A stretch of DNA of 64,000 nucleotides from an uncultured Candidatus Micrarchaeota archaeon (GCA_963723105.1 CAVRPK010000003.1:9206-73205); one strand, 5' to 3'. Numbered from the stretch's first letter, positions 9,875-19,204 are shown. Numbers and translations are program-made. Notes: generated by a model from the sequence alone, not told the origin.

Positions 9875-10016
9875 ACCGAATTTCCTTTCTCTTTGGTCTG
9901 AGGTATTTTGAACCACATTTTCGGCATTGTTTTACGCTTTTCTTATTCCTTGTTTTGCACCTGAGGCAAATCTGTGTTTGAGCAATTTCTAAATCAGCTT
10001 CTGGAAACTTTCCCAT
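9864..10016 (-). CDS. rpl40e: 50S ribosomal protein L40e (eL40), 50 aa
   Basis: Below the ORF-track size cut-off. Manual translation gives MGKFPEADLEIAQTQICLRCKTRNKKSVKQCRKCGSKYLRPKRKEIRSKK, with the CxxC...CxxC zinc ribbon and the L40e-type RP(K/R) tail. Confidence 0.85.
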   Translation of the reverse strand: MGKFPEADLEIAQTQICLRCKTRNKKSVKQCRKCGSKYLRPKRKEIRSKK

Positions 10017-10103
10017 TGTGTACACCTAATTAGTAGGTTGATAATTGTTATATATTGTTTTTAAACTTGCCCATTGCCATTAATTATCGAGTTCGGTGCA
10101 AAA

Positions 10104-10709
10104 ATGGAAGTAATTATACGAGGTTATCTCCCAGAAGACGGGGCTGATATTGTCCGCATTTATCGAAATGCTCTTGAAACTTTGAGGAAAAGCAAAGGCG
10201 GCGAGCATGATGATTATTCCATAGACAAAATTCTTAGTGGATCAGATAAAAAGATATTATCTGAGCTTTTTTGCAGAAATGATATTGTTCTTGTTGCTGA
10301 TGCTAGTGGAGCTGCAGTTGGTTTTACCAGCTTTTCAAATCGTTTGATTGATAAAATTCTCAAAAGCGTCTATGGTTCCAATACTTATGTTACCAGCGAG
10401 TTTCAAAGAGGGAAAATGGGAGTTAATGTTGGCAGAATGCTAATTAGTGAAAGAAGGAAATTAATGAGTAAAATGAATTATCGGAAATACTACTCATATT
10501 CAACTCCTGAATCTGTTAAATTCGGAAAGAAATGCGGAGTTAAATACTATCCAGCACACAATACATATTCATTGAACAGTTCCTTGGCACTGCACTATTA
10601 TGAGTTTATCTTGCGTCCAAGTTTTCTCAATAAGATAAGATTTGAGCCTTATCTCTTTGAACTTAGTATTATATTTGGAAAAATCATTCACAAACTCAAA
10701 GGAAGATGA
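10104..10709 (+). CDS. GNAT-family N-acetyltransferase
   Basis: MEVIIRGYLPEDGADIVRIY...VLVADASGAAVGF...QRGKMGVNVGRML shows a GNAT A-motif-like Q/RxxGxG/A. Start moved from TTG 10074 to ATG 10104. Confidence 0.65.
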   Translation: MEVIIRGYLPEDGADIVRIYRNALETLRKSKGGEHDDYSIDKILSGSDKKILSELFCRNDIVLVADASGAAVGFTSFSNRLIDKILKSVYGSNTYVTSEFQRGKMGVNVGRMLISERRKLMSKMNYRKYYSYSTPESVKFGKKCGVKYYPAHNTYSLNSSLALHYYEFILRPSFLNKIRFEPYLFELSIIFGKIIHKLKGR

Positions 10710-10710
10710 C

Positions 10711-11979
10711 ATGAAACCACTTGAAATACTCTGGCAGTTTTTTATTCTTCGCTCTGAACAGTGGAAAACTTCTCTTGAGATAGAGAAGATTCAGGCAAAA
10801 AAACTTGAGAAAATAATATTGTCTGCATCCAAAACCGAATTTTACAAAAATCTGCCCTCTGACATTTCTCCAGATAATTTTCATGAACTTCCGGTAACTT
10901 CCAAAGAAGATGTTCAAAAAAATCCAAAATCATTTCTCAATCCTGAAATTCCAATTGCTATCTGCAGCAAAACCTCAGGCTCAACCGGAACTCCAATTAG
11001 TATATCTTTGGATAATGCATCTGCAGTGCATGCCATTGCAATGCGCGCTCTATCTACAACTGAATTTGGATTTGGTCCTCTTGATAAATTTGCAATTTTT
11101 GGAGTTGATAAAAAACCTGCTCCAATTTACCGTTCTTTTCCTGGAACTTATCCATCTGTCTTCTTCTCAATTTTTGATGATCCTGCAAAGAACTATGATT
11201 ATCTTCAGAAATCAAAAGCCAATATAATCGGCTGGTATCCTTCAACAATCACAACTCTTGCCCGAATCAATGCTGAGTCTGAGAATCCGATCAGGCTCAA
11301 AGCAGCATTCTGCGGCGGAGAGCCTCTGACTAATGCTGCCCGCAAATTCATATCTGATTCTTTTTCCTGCGAAGTGTTTGATCACTACGGGCTTGCTGAA
11401 TTTTCAACAGTGGCATTTGAATGTCCAAAGCACAATCTTCATGTCAATACCAGTTTACTAGTTGAAATTGTGGATTCAAATGGGAAACCAATCCAAAGCG
11501 GCGTTGGACAAGTCGTCATTACCTCTCTTCATAATGAGGCCATGCCACTGCTTAGGTATTCCACAGGAGATTTTGCCAGCTTTGGAACATGCCCCTGCGG
11601 CAGAGGCTCTAAAGTACTAAAATCAGTTCATGGCAGGAAGGATGACCTTATTGTTCTTCCAAGCGGCAGACTTTGCTCTGCTCTTAACATCAACAGAATG
11701 GACGATCTGACTTATTTGCTTGAATTCAAGATAATCCAGGAAAAGGAGGATCTTTTTGTTTTCCGCTATGTTCCAAATGGAGATGATATTTCAGCTTCCC
11801 AGAAAAAAGAAATAACTGATCTGATACAAAAAGGATGTTTGGGCGAAACTGTCTCTGTAGAATTTGAAAAATCCAGCTCTCTTCAAAAAGGAAAATCAGG
11901 CAAACTGAGCACAGTTATCTCAAATGTCATTCCAAAGGAAAATGTTGAGTATAAAATCTGGAATTCTGATGATCATTAG
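10711..11979 (+). CDS. PaaK / coenzyme F390 synthetase / CapK-like adenylate-forming ligase (paralog 1)
   Basis: ATG 10711 lies 1 nt after the GNAT stop. Motifs: SKTSGSTGTPISI (adenylation P-loop), CPCGRGSKVLKSVHGRKDD and C-terminal KSGKLS. Confidence 0.85.
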   Translation: MKPLEILWQFFILRSEQWKTSLEIEKIQAKKLEKIILSASKTEFYKNLPSDISPDNFHELPVTSKEDVQKNPKSFLNPEIPIAICSKTSGSTGTPISISLDNASAVHAIAMRALSTTEFGFGPLDKFAIFGVDKKPAPIYRSFPGTYPSVFFSIFDDPAKNYDYLQKSKANIIGWYPSTITTLARINAESENPIRLKAAFCGGEPLTNAARKFISDSFSCEVFDHYGLAEFSTVAFECPKHNLHVNTSLLVEIVDSNGKPIQSGVGQVVITSLHNEAMPLLRYSTGDFASFGTCPCGRGSKVLKSVHGRKDDLIVLPSGRLCSALNINRMDDLTYLLEFKIIQEKEDLFVFRYVPNGDDISASQKKEITDLIQKGCLGETVSVEFEKSSSLQKGKSGKLSTVISNVIPKENVEYKIWNSDDH

Positions 11980-12034
11980 TGTTTTTAATTTTGTTATCTT
12001 AACTCTGGTTAGACTATTTTTAATGGTGAAATCT

Positions 12035-12526
12035 ATGGGAACAAAAGGAATTGAAATTGTTGGAATGGATGTTAGTGAGCTTATTGACATGCTCAACAAA
12101 GCTTTAGCAGATGAATGGCTTGCATATTACCAGTACTGGGTTGGCTCCAAGGTCGTACAAGGCCCAATGAGGCCTCAGGTTGAAGCTGAACTTGTTGAAC
12201 ATGCAGGCGAAGAACTTAAGCATGCAAACATGCTTGCAGAGAGGATAGCCCAATTAGGAGGAACTCCGCTGCTTAGTCCTGAAGACTGGATCAAGAATAC
12301 AAACTGCGGTTATGAAGCTCCAAGTGATCCTAATGTAAAAAAGATCCTTGAGCAGAACATAAAGGGAGAGCAATGCGCAATTGCTACTTATCACAAGATT
12401 CTGGAGAAGGTAAAATCAGGCAATGATCCAATTACTTTCAATATGATTCGAAAGATCATGGAAGATGAAGTTGAACATGAGCATGATCTACAAAGCATTC
12501 AGCAGGATATGGAAATATCCAGATAA
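12035..12526 (+). CDS. Ferritin-like diiron protein (Dps-like / bacterioferritin family)
   Basis: LADEWLAYYQYW...EHAGEELKHANMLAERI...EDEVEHEHDL contains two ExxH diiron motifs. GGTGA lies 5 nt upstream of ATG 12035. An alternative ATG is at 12023. Confidence 0.78.
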   Translation: MGTKGIEIVGMDVSELIDMLNKALADEWLAYYQYWVGSKVVQGPMRPQVEAELVEHAGEELKHANMLAERIAQLGGTPLLSPEDWIKNTNCGYEAPSDPNVKKILEQNIKGEQCAIATYHKILEKVKSGNDPITFNMIRKIMEDEVEHEHDLQSIQQDMEISR

Positions 12527-12549
12527 TTTTTTTTATTTCAAATTTTTTT
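12527..12549 (+). terminator. Oligo-T tracts (T8 and T7) immediately after the ferritin-like stop codon
   Basis: taaTTTTTTTTatttcaaaTTTTTTTa. Archaeal RNA polymerase terminates at T-runs. Confidence 0.45.
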
Positions 12550-12668
12550 ACCTGATCCTGTTTCTGAAAGTGCTTATCATCACTCCGGATTTTTCAGACT
12601 ATTCCATTACTGTGTTAATGAATGAATTAATATGTATTTATAAATTTTCTTGACTAATGTAAATCAAC

Positions 12669-13811
12669 ATGAAATTGAAGCAGAGACAGCTGAAAGGACT
12701 AGCCCCAAAACATGGCAACAATTCGAACCGATGGCTTAGAACTGTCGCTGTCTTGTTCAGCACAGTAGCATTATCAGGAGTCTTACCCTCATGCTCATCG
12801 CAAAAAAATCATTCTGGGAACGAAGCTGCTGCTCTTTCACTTTCAGTAGGATCCTTATCGCGTAGGGCTCCGCCAGAAAGGTGCAGTGAATTAATTCGTG
12901 AAGCAAACACGATAGAAGAGCAGCTTGGTCTTCTTAGCAGCCGATTAAGGCCTTGCAGGCCAGACCCTGAAGAGGTCAATGTGCTCAGGTCAATTGCAGA
13001 AGATAGCCGATTGACAGATGATTTAAGATGGGGAGCTCTTGGGGTTACCCAAGATCGTTATAATAGAACAGTTAACATAAACTCTCCAGATCTTCAGCAA
13101 TATGCTGAAATCGCAGCAAGAGTTTTCATGGATGGGGATGTTCATTTAAAGAGCCATTTTCTTAGTGAAATGGAATTTTTAATCAGGATGAGCAGATATG
13201 ATGGCGGGGCTTGCTTTGCAGTTGATGTCATTGGAGAAATTGCTTTGGGGGAAATAAACAGTTCATTAAGGAATTGGATAGTGCAGAATCTTGAGAGAGC
13301 CTTAGATAATCCACACTTTCTTGTCCGTCGCTTTAGCCTAAGGGCTCTTCGGAGATTATTTTTGGATGAATCTACTAGCCAACTTCTACGAAATCGGATA
13401 AGTGCTAGCGCAGAAAGAGCTTTAGATGATATTAATGATCGGGATGCTGGAGTAGAAATTCTTAGGCTTGAAGCATTATCATCAGATACTACTCATACAC
13501 GCAGGGAGGAGATAGTTAATCTGCTAGAGGTAGAATATCCAAGATTCTATTATCGACAGAGCATTACAGATTCTCTTTTTGACATAGCAATTTATATCAA
13601 TACAGAAAGATCCCTCAAGGAAAGAATATTGGATAGGTTCATAGACAGGCTTTCTGAAATGCCTTCCAGAGCTGAGCATTTTCGTGACCGGCTTGTGAGA
13701 TTAGCTAGTTCTCCTTTGACAGAACCCTGGATAATAGATATGATAAGAGACAGGGTTGAACTTACCTCAACAGAAAATGACCTTAGGCAAGATGACATAA
13801 TCATATTCTAA
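12669..13811 (+). CDS. Putative lipoprotein, Arg-rich and Lys-poor, with helical (HEAT/ARM-like) repeats
   Basis: Signal peptide plus lipobox (ALSGVLPSCSS). The mature part has only 3 Lys and is visibly GC-richer than its neighbours. Confidence 0.6.
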   Translation: MKLKQRQLKGLAPKHGNNSNRWLRTVAVLFSTVALSGVLPSCSSQKNHSGNEAAALSLSVGSLSRRAPPERCSELIREANTIEEQLGLLSSRLRPCRPDPEEVNVLRSIAEDSRLTDDLRWGALGVTQDRYNRTVNINSPDLQQYAEIAARVFMDGDVHLKSHFLSEMEFLIRMSRYDGGACFAVDVIGEIALGEINSSLRNWIVQNLERALDNPHFLVRRFSLRALRRLFLDESTSQLLRNRISASAERALDDINDRDAGVEILRLEALSSDTTHTRREEIVNLLEVEYPRFYYRQSITDSLFDIAIYINTERSLKERILDRFIDRLSEMPSRAEHFRDRLVRLASSPLTEPWIIDMIRDRVELTSTENDLRQDDIIIF

Positions 13812-13977
13812 TGCCGTAGGCATGCAGAGAGAAGATTCTCTAATCTATTCTGAGTCTTTTTCCATGTTGTGATGTCAAATTTGGCGAAAATTAACCTATT
13901 GACTTTTAGTTTGAATATGGTCATGGCAAATTTTGGGCTGTGCAAAAAATTATTAACTGTCATATAGTTAATCTCAG

Positions 13978-14688
13978 ATGATGGAAGGCTACATAATCCA
14001 GATAGAAGTTCGACATCCTTGCATGAATATTGAAGCGTTGGATAAAGTTAAGGACAAAGATGCACGAATTCTTATGAAAGGAATAAAGCATACTGGACGC
14101 GAAGGAACAAGCCACATCTTTGAAGTGGAATCCAAGAAAACCAAAGAATTGCTTGAGGCACACAGGAAACACCCGCTTACCAAGAAGCTAGAAGTTATTT
14201 CAAAGGGAGAGGAGAAGGCACTATTTATTCTCACTTCAAAACCAGATATCGGAGTTGCACATGCACTTGCTAAGACCAATTGTATCATCCTGGGACCAGT
14301 GCTCACTGAAGAGGGATGCGATAAGCTGACTATTTTTGCTCCATCATGGAATTCATTCAGGAAGTTTTTGGATTCTCTTCCTGAGGATTTTGAGGTTACT
14401 ATGAAGTCCAAGAGATCCATGGATGAGAAGTTGGGTGTGGAAGCAGATGCATTCAAAGTACTTGGTTTCATGGAGCTAAAGAGCCTTTCAGAGATGTTTA
14501 CTTCCAAACAGATTGAGATACTCAATATTGCCATTGCAAAGGGATACTATTCGAAGCCACGGAAGATAACTCTAAATGAGCTTGCAGAACATTTGGATAT
14601 CTCTCCAGCTACTTTGCATGAGCATTTGAACAAAATCGAGTCCAGGATAATGCCAGTAATCAGCAAAATTATGCATCTTTTTGGGTAG
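13978..14688 (+). CDS. HTH_10 (Bat-type) DNA-binding transcription regulator
   Basis: The C-terminal FTSKQIEILNIAIAKGYYSKPRKITLNELAEHLDISPATLHEHLNKIESRI is the archaeal HTH_10 signature. Confidence 0.8.
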   Translation: MMEGYIIQIEVRHPCMNIEALDKVKDKDARILMKGIKHTGREGTSHIFEVESKKTKELLEAHRKHPLTKKLEVISKGEEKALFILTSKPDIGVAHALAKTNCIILGPVLTEEGCDKLTIFAPSWNSFRKFLDSLPEDFEVTMKSKRSMDEKLGVEADAFKVLGFMELKSLSEMFTSKQIEILNIAIAKGYYSKPRKITLNELAEHLDISPATLHEHLNKIESRIMPVISKIMHLFG

Positions 14689-14776
14689 AGCCGAACATAT
14701 CAGGCAGCTAGTTTAAGCGCGAAGTTGTTCCATATAATATCACAGAAAACAACTGTGGTGGAAATGATGCGCGAAA
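14650..14776 (+). repeat. Direct repeat copy 1 (approx. 127 bp): 3' end of the HTH_10 gene, intergenic promoter and start codon
   Basis: The first approx. 55 nt are identical to 15570-15624, and identity over the full length is roughly 85-90%. The offset is exactly 920 bp. It contains the TATA-like catataat (14731-14738). Confidence 0.9.
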
Positions 14777-15537
14777 CTCAACGAGTGCAAAAAACAAATG
14801 AAAGTCAAAGAGTCAGAGGATCGAATCTTGCCGTGTTTGTGAAAAGTAAGAACGGTGTGCCCATGGAAGAGGCATTGAGAAAGGCTGATGATGCCGGACT
14901 TGTTATCGCTTCGAACAGGAGGTTGAGCAAGGCTTTGATCGGAAGTAAAGAACATCAGAGTATTGACGATGCCTTTGTCTGCTGGAGTGGCCCAATGACT
15001 GCTTATGACAAGCCTGATGAGAAGCTTGGGAAAGAGATCATATACACCGATTCAAAAACAGGCACCAGATATATATTCCCTGTTCCTGAGGAGTACCAGG
15101 GAAAGGAAAACGTCGTCCTTGTTGCAGAACATCCGAAATTCAGCCTTGTAACTGAGGGAAATGACTGGATTGTACAGGCAGCTGAAGTTGATGCTGTGGA
15201 AAGATTCCCGGCTTCAAATGGCTGGTACCTCGGAGATCCAAGATATGATATTCCACAGGGAAATGGAGTTTATGAGGGCAATGATGATGCCAGACATCTC
15301 TGGAGAATGGAAAGGAGAGTGGGTCTTGTTGTCCGCGGCAGCTACTACTGGAGTATCAATAGATTGTGGAGTTGCGTTTTCCTCGACCTCAGGCCTTCCA
15401 ATGCTCTCGGGGTGGTTGTAGAAAGCCCCGAAGCAACTTCTCAAGATATGAGAATAAGAGAAGGAAGCGGGAAGCTAGTTATTGAAGGCACTCAAGAACA
15501 ACTGGCAGCAGCTAAAAGAAAGCTTGCAGAGCTTTGA
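14764..15537 (+). CDS. Hypothetical protein
   Basis: ATG 14764 lies about 29 nt downstream of the TATA-like box within repeat copy 1. No motif recognised. Confidence 0.55.
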   Translation: MMRETQRVQKTNESQRVRGSNLAVFVKSKNGVPMEEALRKADDAGLVIASNRRLSKALIGSKEHQSIDDAFVCWSGPMTAYDKPDEKLGKEIIYTDSKTGTRYIFPVPEEYQGKENVVLVAEHPKFSLVTEGNDWIVQAAEVDAVERFPASNGWYLGDPRYDIPQGNGVYEGNDDARHLWRMERRVGLVVRGSYYWSINRLWSCVFLDLRPSNALGVVVESPEATSQDMRIREGSGKLVIEGTQEQLAAAKRKLAEL

Positions 15538-15569
15538 ACGATAACTTCTCCTCCATTTTTTATTTTATT

Positions 15570-15696
15570 ATGCCAGTAATCAGCAAAATTATGCATCTTT
15601 TTGGGTAGAGCCGAACATATCAGGTAGCTAAGTTAAGTGCAGTTTTTCACCATATAACATCACAGAAAACAACTGTGGTGAAAACAATGCGCGAAA
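15570..15696 (+). repeat. Direct repeat copy 2 (includes a pseudo 3' end of the HTH_10 gene, ...MPVISKIMHLFG*)
   Basis: See copy 1. Carries catataac (15651-15658) upstream of ATG 15687. Confidence 0.9.
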
Positions 15697-17183
15697 AAGA
15701 AATTAAGGATAATGGAAAGAATATGGAACGGTCAGATGCTTCTAAGCTTAAACAAAAATTGAGCAGACTCAGTCCATTGACCAGCAGTATTTCAGTCAAT
15801 GATATCTGCGAAGAGCTTAATGTGAGTCAGGAAGTAAGGGAATTTGCTGAACGTCTGCATTCCAAATTTAAGGAGGAGATTTATGCTGAAAAAAATAAAA
15901 GACGTTATCCTTCAGATAGAAAAAAACATGAGCGTGTATCTGACTATGAATTGAAAAACATAAAACATAATGTACGCGGACTTCTTATGCTGGCAGATAT
16001 TCAGGATGGAGATGACCTTAGTGACCTATGTCCATGGCGTGATGCTGAAGAAAGGAGCGAAGAATTACTCTCAATACTTAAGGAAAGAGGGGCTGGAGGG
16101 TTTTTCCTGATTGCAGCAAGAATGGCCGAATATTCAGGTAACTTCGTATTTGAAGCATCAGGGTATAGCAAGTACGGACACTCTTATGGATTAGGAGGCA
16201 GAATAGTGAGGCTCATTTTCGAGCAAGGGGGATATCATGACGATGAAATCGAAAAAAAGTTTGAAAGAAACAGCGCACTAGGTATCTATGCTCCAGAAGG
16301 AGAAATATGCGATATAATGCTAGGTATCATAAAAGAACTTGGCAAGGAAGACCCTAAGATATGGATTAGCTTTCTGCATGATGTGGGAGACAACGTTAAT
16401 ATTTCATATTCGTTGTCTGAACTTGACTTATATGCAAGAAGGGAGCTTAACAATTTAGAAAAAGTCATCGATTTTACTGTGGCAAGGATTACAGATCCTG
16501 ACAGAACCGAAGCATATGAAGATAGGGATATGGGTCATTTCGATAATCGTCTTGTGGATCCTTTGATAGCTGCAAGTATTAAAGGAAAACTTGATGAAAA
16601 ATTTCCTTTTAAGCCAGCCTCGCTATCAAGCGAAGCATTTCGTGAATATCTGAAAGCAACAAGACGTATCGGCATGTTGGCATTTTCCTTGGCCGAAACA
16701 CCTAGGCAATTTGCGGAGGAGATTGCAAAACTTGAACCAGAATTCGCTGAGCTGATGAAAGTTTGGCCGGTTGGGTATGTTGAGACTTTTAATAGTACTC
16801 TTAATCGGATTAAGACAAAAATCGCCAAGAATCTTTCTGAGGATATCAGGAAAACAGCAGGAGCAACTGTGGAAGGACTCTTTGTAGATGTGGGTGGGAC
16901 ACTGATTCAAAAAGATGCTGAAGAAGAGTTAGAATTATCCATACGTGTACTGGATATGATGGCCAAAGCAATTGAAGCTGGAAGAATCGTGACTGTATTC
17001 ACAGGAGGCTCTCCCGAAGCTGCAACGGAACAATTGCGCCAGATGGGCTTAGATATGAGGTATCTGCCTGTTCGATCAAAGTCAGAGTTTCGTGGAAAGG
17101 TTCTTGAAGAAGTTATTGATGATGCCTTGCCTGAATTTCATGGTTTTACTACAGAAAAATATATGAATCCTGAAAAAATATGA
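15687..17183 (+). CDS. Hypothetical protein with a C-terminal HAD-like segment
   Basis: Start set at ATG 15687 (MREKEIKD), equivalent to the start in repeat copy 1. The C-terminus carries GLFVDVGGTL...VTVFTGGS...VIDDA, a degenerate set of HAD motifs I, II and IV. Confidence 0.55.
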   Translation: MREKEIKDNGKNMERSDASKLKQKLSRLSPLTSSISVNDICEELNVSQEVREFAERLHSKFKEEIYAEKNKRRYPSDRKKHERVSDYELKNIKHNVRGLLMLADIQDGDDLSDLCPWRDAEERSEELLSILKERGAGGFFLIAARMAEYSGNFVFEASGYSKYGHSYGLGGRIVRLIFEQGGYHDDEIEKKFERNSALGIYAPEGEICDIMLGIIKELGKEDPKIWISFLHDVGDNVNISYSLSELDLYARRELNNLEKVIDFTVARITDPDRTEAYEDRDMGHFDNRLVDPLIAASIKGKLDEKFPFKPASLSSEAFREYLKATRRIGMLAFSLAETPRQFAEEIAKLEPEFAELMKVWPVGYVETFNSTLNRIKTKIAKNLSEDIRKTAGATVEGLFVDVGGTLIQKDAEEELELSIRVLDMMAKAIEAGRIVTVFTGGSPEAATEQLRQMGLDMRYLPVRSKSEFRGKVLEEVIDDALPEFHGFTTEKYMNPEKI

Positions 17184-17358
17184 ATACTACAATTGTATTA
17201 TTCTCAAAATAGAGTTTCATAAAATAAGATGCAGGAAAAATAGCAGATTCGGCATCCTGCAAATGATGCAATAATTCAGTTTTGGCCCAGCTTTTCCTAA
17301 CGTAAATGACGTTTTGTGTCATTATGCCCATGGAACTTTTTTCCATCGGGAAGATGGA

Positions 17359-17442
17359 TGCAGAGAGAAGGATTCGAACCTTCGAAGGCACTAAGCCAAT
17401 GGGTCCTAAACCCATCACATTTGACCGCTTTGTTATCCCTGC
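17359..17442 (-). tRNA. tRNA-Leu (anticodon UAG), type II with long variable arm
   Basis: Reverse strand reads GCAGGGA-TA-...ATGGG-TTTAGGA-CCCAT-TGGCTTAGTGCCT...GAAGG-TTCGAAT-CCTTC-TCTCTGC-A. It has a 7-bp acceptor stem with one G-U pair and no encoded CCA. Confidence 0.82.
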
Positions 17443-17457
17443 ATAGGAAACACTATC

Positions 17458-18561
17458 TTACTTAGAATCCTTTTTATATTGTTTCTCAAGAAACTCGTGA
17501 GCCTCATCGCTCCCTTCCAGAAGTTTTTCAAAAAGCTCTGAGCTGTCAAAGCTGACTTTTCCTGAGGTTTTTGCACTGAGCTCTGCAAGCGCAATTTCTC
17601 TTATCGACAGGTTTTCTGCTCTGATATTCCGGATTCTCTCTAATTTTGTGCTAAGATCTTGGCTGTTTAGTTTGTTGTCTATGTATACATTTGGATATTC
17701 ACTAAACCTTAAATCTGAACTGTTCAATCCTTCTTTTAATTTCCCTTCAACTTTTATCGATATAATTGCAGTATGGTCATTGATTTCTTTGATCTTGTTT
17801 TCAATAGCCTGCCTAACCTGCATTTCTGTTGCATCCTCAAACTCTAGTTTCTCATAAAAGAATTTTCTGGAGTTTATTGGAATAAATTCTGCTTTTTTTG
17901 AAGTAGTATCATATAGATAATATCCTTTTGGTGCTGTTTCCTCTTTTCTCAGTTGGGTTATCACTGTACTTCCGGGAATTATGAATTTTCCCCCGAGTTT
18001 TGTTGTTGTCTCATGTATGTGTCCGTTTATTATCAGATCAAATGGAAGCCTCTCTAAAAATTCCAGTGAAATCTCTTCATCTGAACCTACCATCAATTCC
18101 TTGATTGACTGATGAAGCATAAGGATGCTGAAAGTTCCATCTTCTTTTTGGAATTTTTCAAGCGATTGTTTGAGTGCAGTCTCAGCATATTCTTCAGGTA
18201 CACTGCCCATCCCAAACACCTGTACTTTTTCCCCATCTTTCTCAAATGTTTCGCTGCTTCCATGGAGAAGTTTGATATTGCTGCTTGCAGCAAGCAGGTG
18301 AACTGGATTTACCATATCTTTTGCCCGTCGCTCATGGTTTCCAAAAATAGCAAAGATCGGGATTTTTGGTTTATTGAAAATATCAACTGCTCTCTTGAGA
18401 GTTTCCAACTTTGGAATTTTAGTATCAAAAATGTCTCCAGCACAAAGAAGCAGATCTGCCTGCTCTCCTGCCTGGCTCATAATCATCTCTGCCTGTTTGT
18501 AGGAATCCTCTTCGAATCTTGGGTAGCCCAGATGATGATCTGAAAAAATAGCAATTTTCAT
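17458..18561 (-). CDS. mre11: Mre11/SbcD-family DNA repair nuclease (metallophosphoesterase)
   Basis: Phosphoesterase motifs appear in order: SDHHLG, GDIFD, GNHERR, MLHQS, NGHIHE. Confidence 0.82.
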   Translation of the reverse strand: MKIAIFSDHHLGYPRFEEDSYKQAEMIMSQAGEQADLLLCAGDIFDTKIPKLETLKRAVDIFNKPKIPIFAIFGNHERRAKDMVNPVHLLAASSNIKLLHGSSETFEKDGEKVQVFGMGSVPEEYAETALKQSLEKFQKEDGTFSILMLHQSIKELMVGSDEEISLEFLERLPFDLIINGHIHETTTKLGGKFIIPGSTVITQLRKEETAPKGYYLYDTTSKKAEFIPINSRKFFYEKLEFEDATEMQVRQAIENKIKEINDHTAIISIKVEGKLKEGLNSSDLRFSEYPNVYIDNKLNSQDLSTKLERIRNIRAENLSIREIALAELSAKTSGKVSFDSSELFEKLLEGSDEAHEFLEKQYKKDSK

Positions 18562-18595
18562 AGTATATACTAATTAGAAAAGAAAAAATAAAAAA

Positions 18596-19204
18596 TCAGT
18601 TGCAATCAAATGCCCGGTCTGATGCCAAGGTTGCTGTGCAGCTTTGGTCTCCTGAACCATCATGACTGCAAGGTTCTGGAGTGGTATGACAAAGCTCAAA
18701 TTTTGTCGGTCCAGTCTCAGCAACTTCGTGAGTTATCTGCTCTCCTACTTTTAAGAATATGAACTCTGGATCTCCCGGCCAGTCATTCCAGAAGTACCCG
18801 AATCTTGCTGTAAGCTCGCTATTTTGTGTAAGATCAGCAAGCATTAATGAAAATCCGCTGCAATCTGCAACATCTTCAGCCTCTTCAAGTGGAAATGTGT
18901 GCCTGTTTTCATGTCCTTCTGGATATTCATCGCACAAGCTTGGGCCTGGAGCATCACTATCTGTACCACTGTCAGTTGTTACATCAGAATCAGTTCCTGC
19001 ATCTGTTGTAGTATCAGCATCATGTCCCCCATCATGCGTTTCACTTCCATTGCCACAATTCATTGCTCCAAACGTTACTACTGCTGCAGTTATCGTAGCA
19101 ATTACTGGAATCTTTAGCTTATCAATCATCCCCTTCAGCTTTGGAAATCGTCTTTCCTTTCCTTCTTTTTCCTTTCCTTCACCAACTGTTTTCCTTACTT
19201 CCAT
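18596..19204 (-). CDS. Hypothetical membrane-anchored or secreted protein with a Thr/Asp/Ser-rich linker
   Basis: N-terminal TM segment (IPVIATITAAVVTFGAM), then a DADTTTDAGTDSDVTTDSGTDSD linker and a Cys-containing domain. An internal ATG near 19129 is an alternative start. Confidence 0.55.
   Translation of the reverse strand: MEVRKTVGEGKEKEGKERRFPKLKGMIDKLKIPVIATITAAVVTFGAMNCGNGSETHDGGHDADTTTDAGTDSDVTTDSGTDSDAPGPSLCDEYPEGHENRHTFPLEEAEDVADCSGFSLMLADLTQNSELTARFGYFWNDWPGDPEFIFLKVGEQITHEVAETGPTKFELCHTTPEPCSHDGSGDQSCTATLASDRAFDCN

Noticed and set aside
13989-14534. 181-aa minus-strand ORF antisense to the HTH_10 gene. Similar long antisense ORFs occur at 18759-19235, 28771-29193, 59644-60180, 8166-8405 and 21192-21395.
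   Set aside because: The opposite strand carries a motif-supported gene in every case. The antisense translations are Ser/Leu/Phe-rich low-complexity sequences.
17149-17418. ORF 17149-17418 (-), and ORF 19290-19550 (+)
   Set aside because: Each overlaps a tRNA gene (tRNA-Leu and the intron-containing tRNA-Ile respectively). The translations are artefacts of reading through RNA genes.
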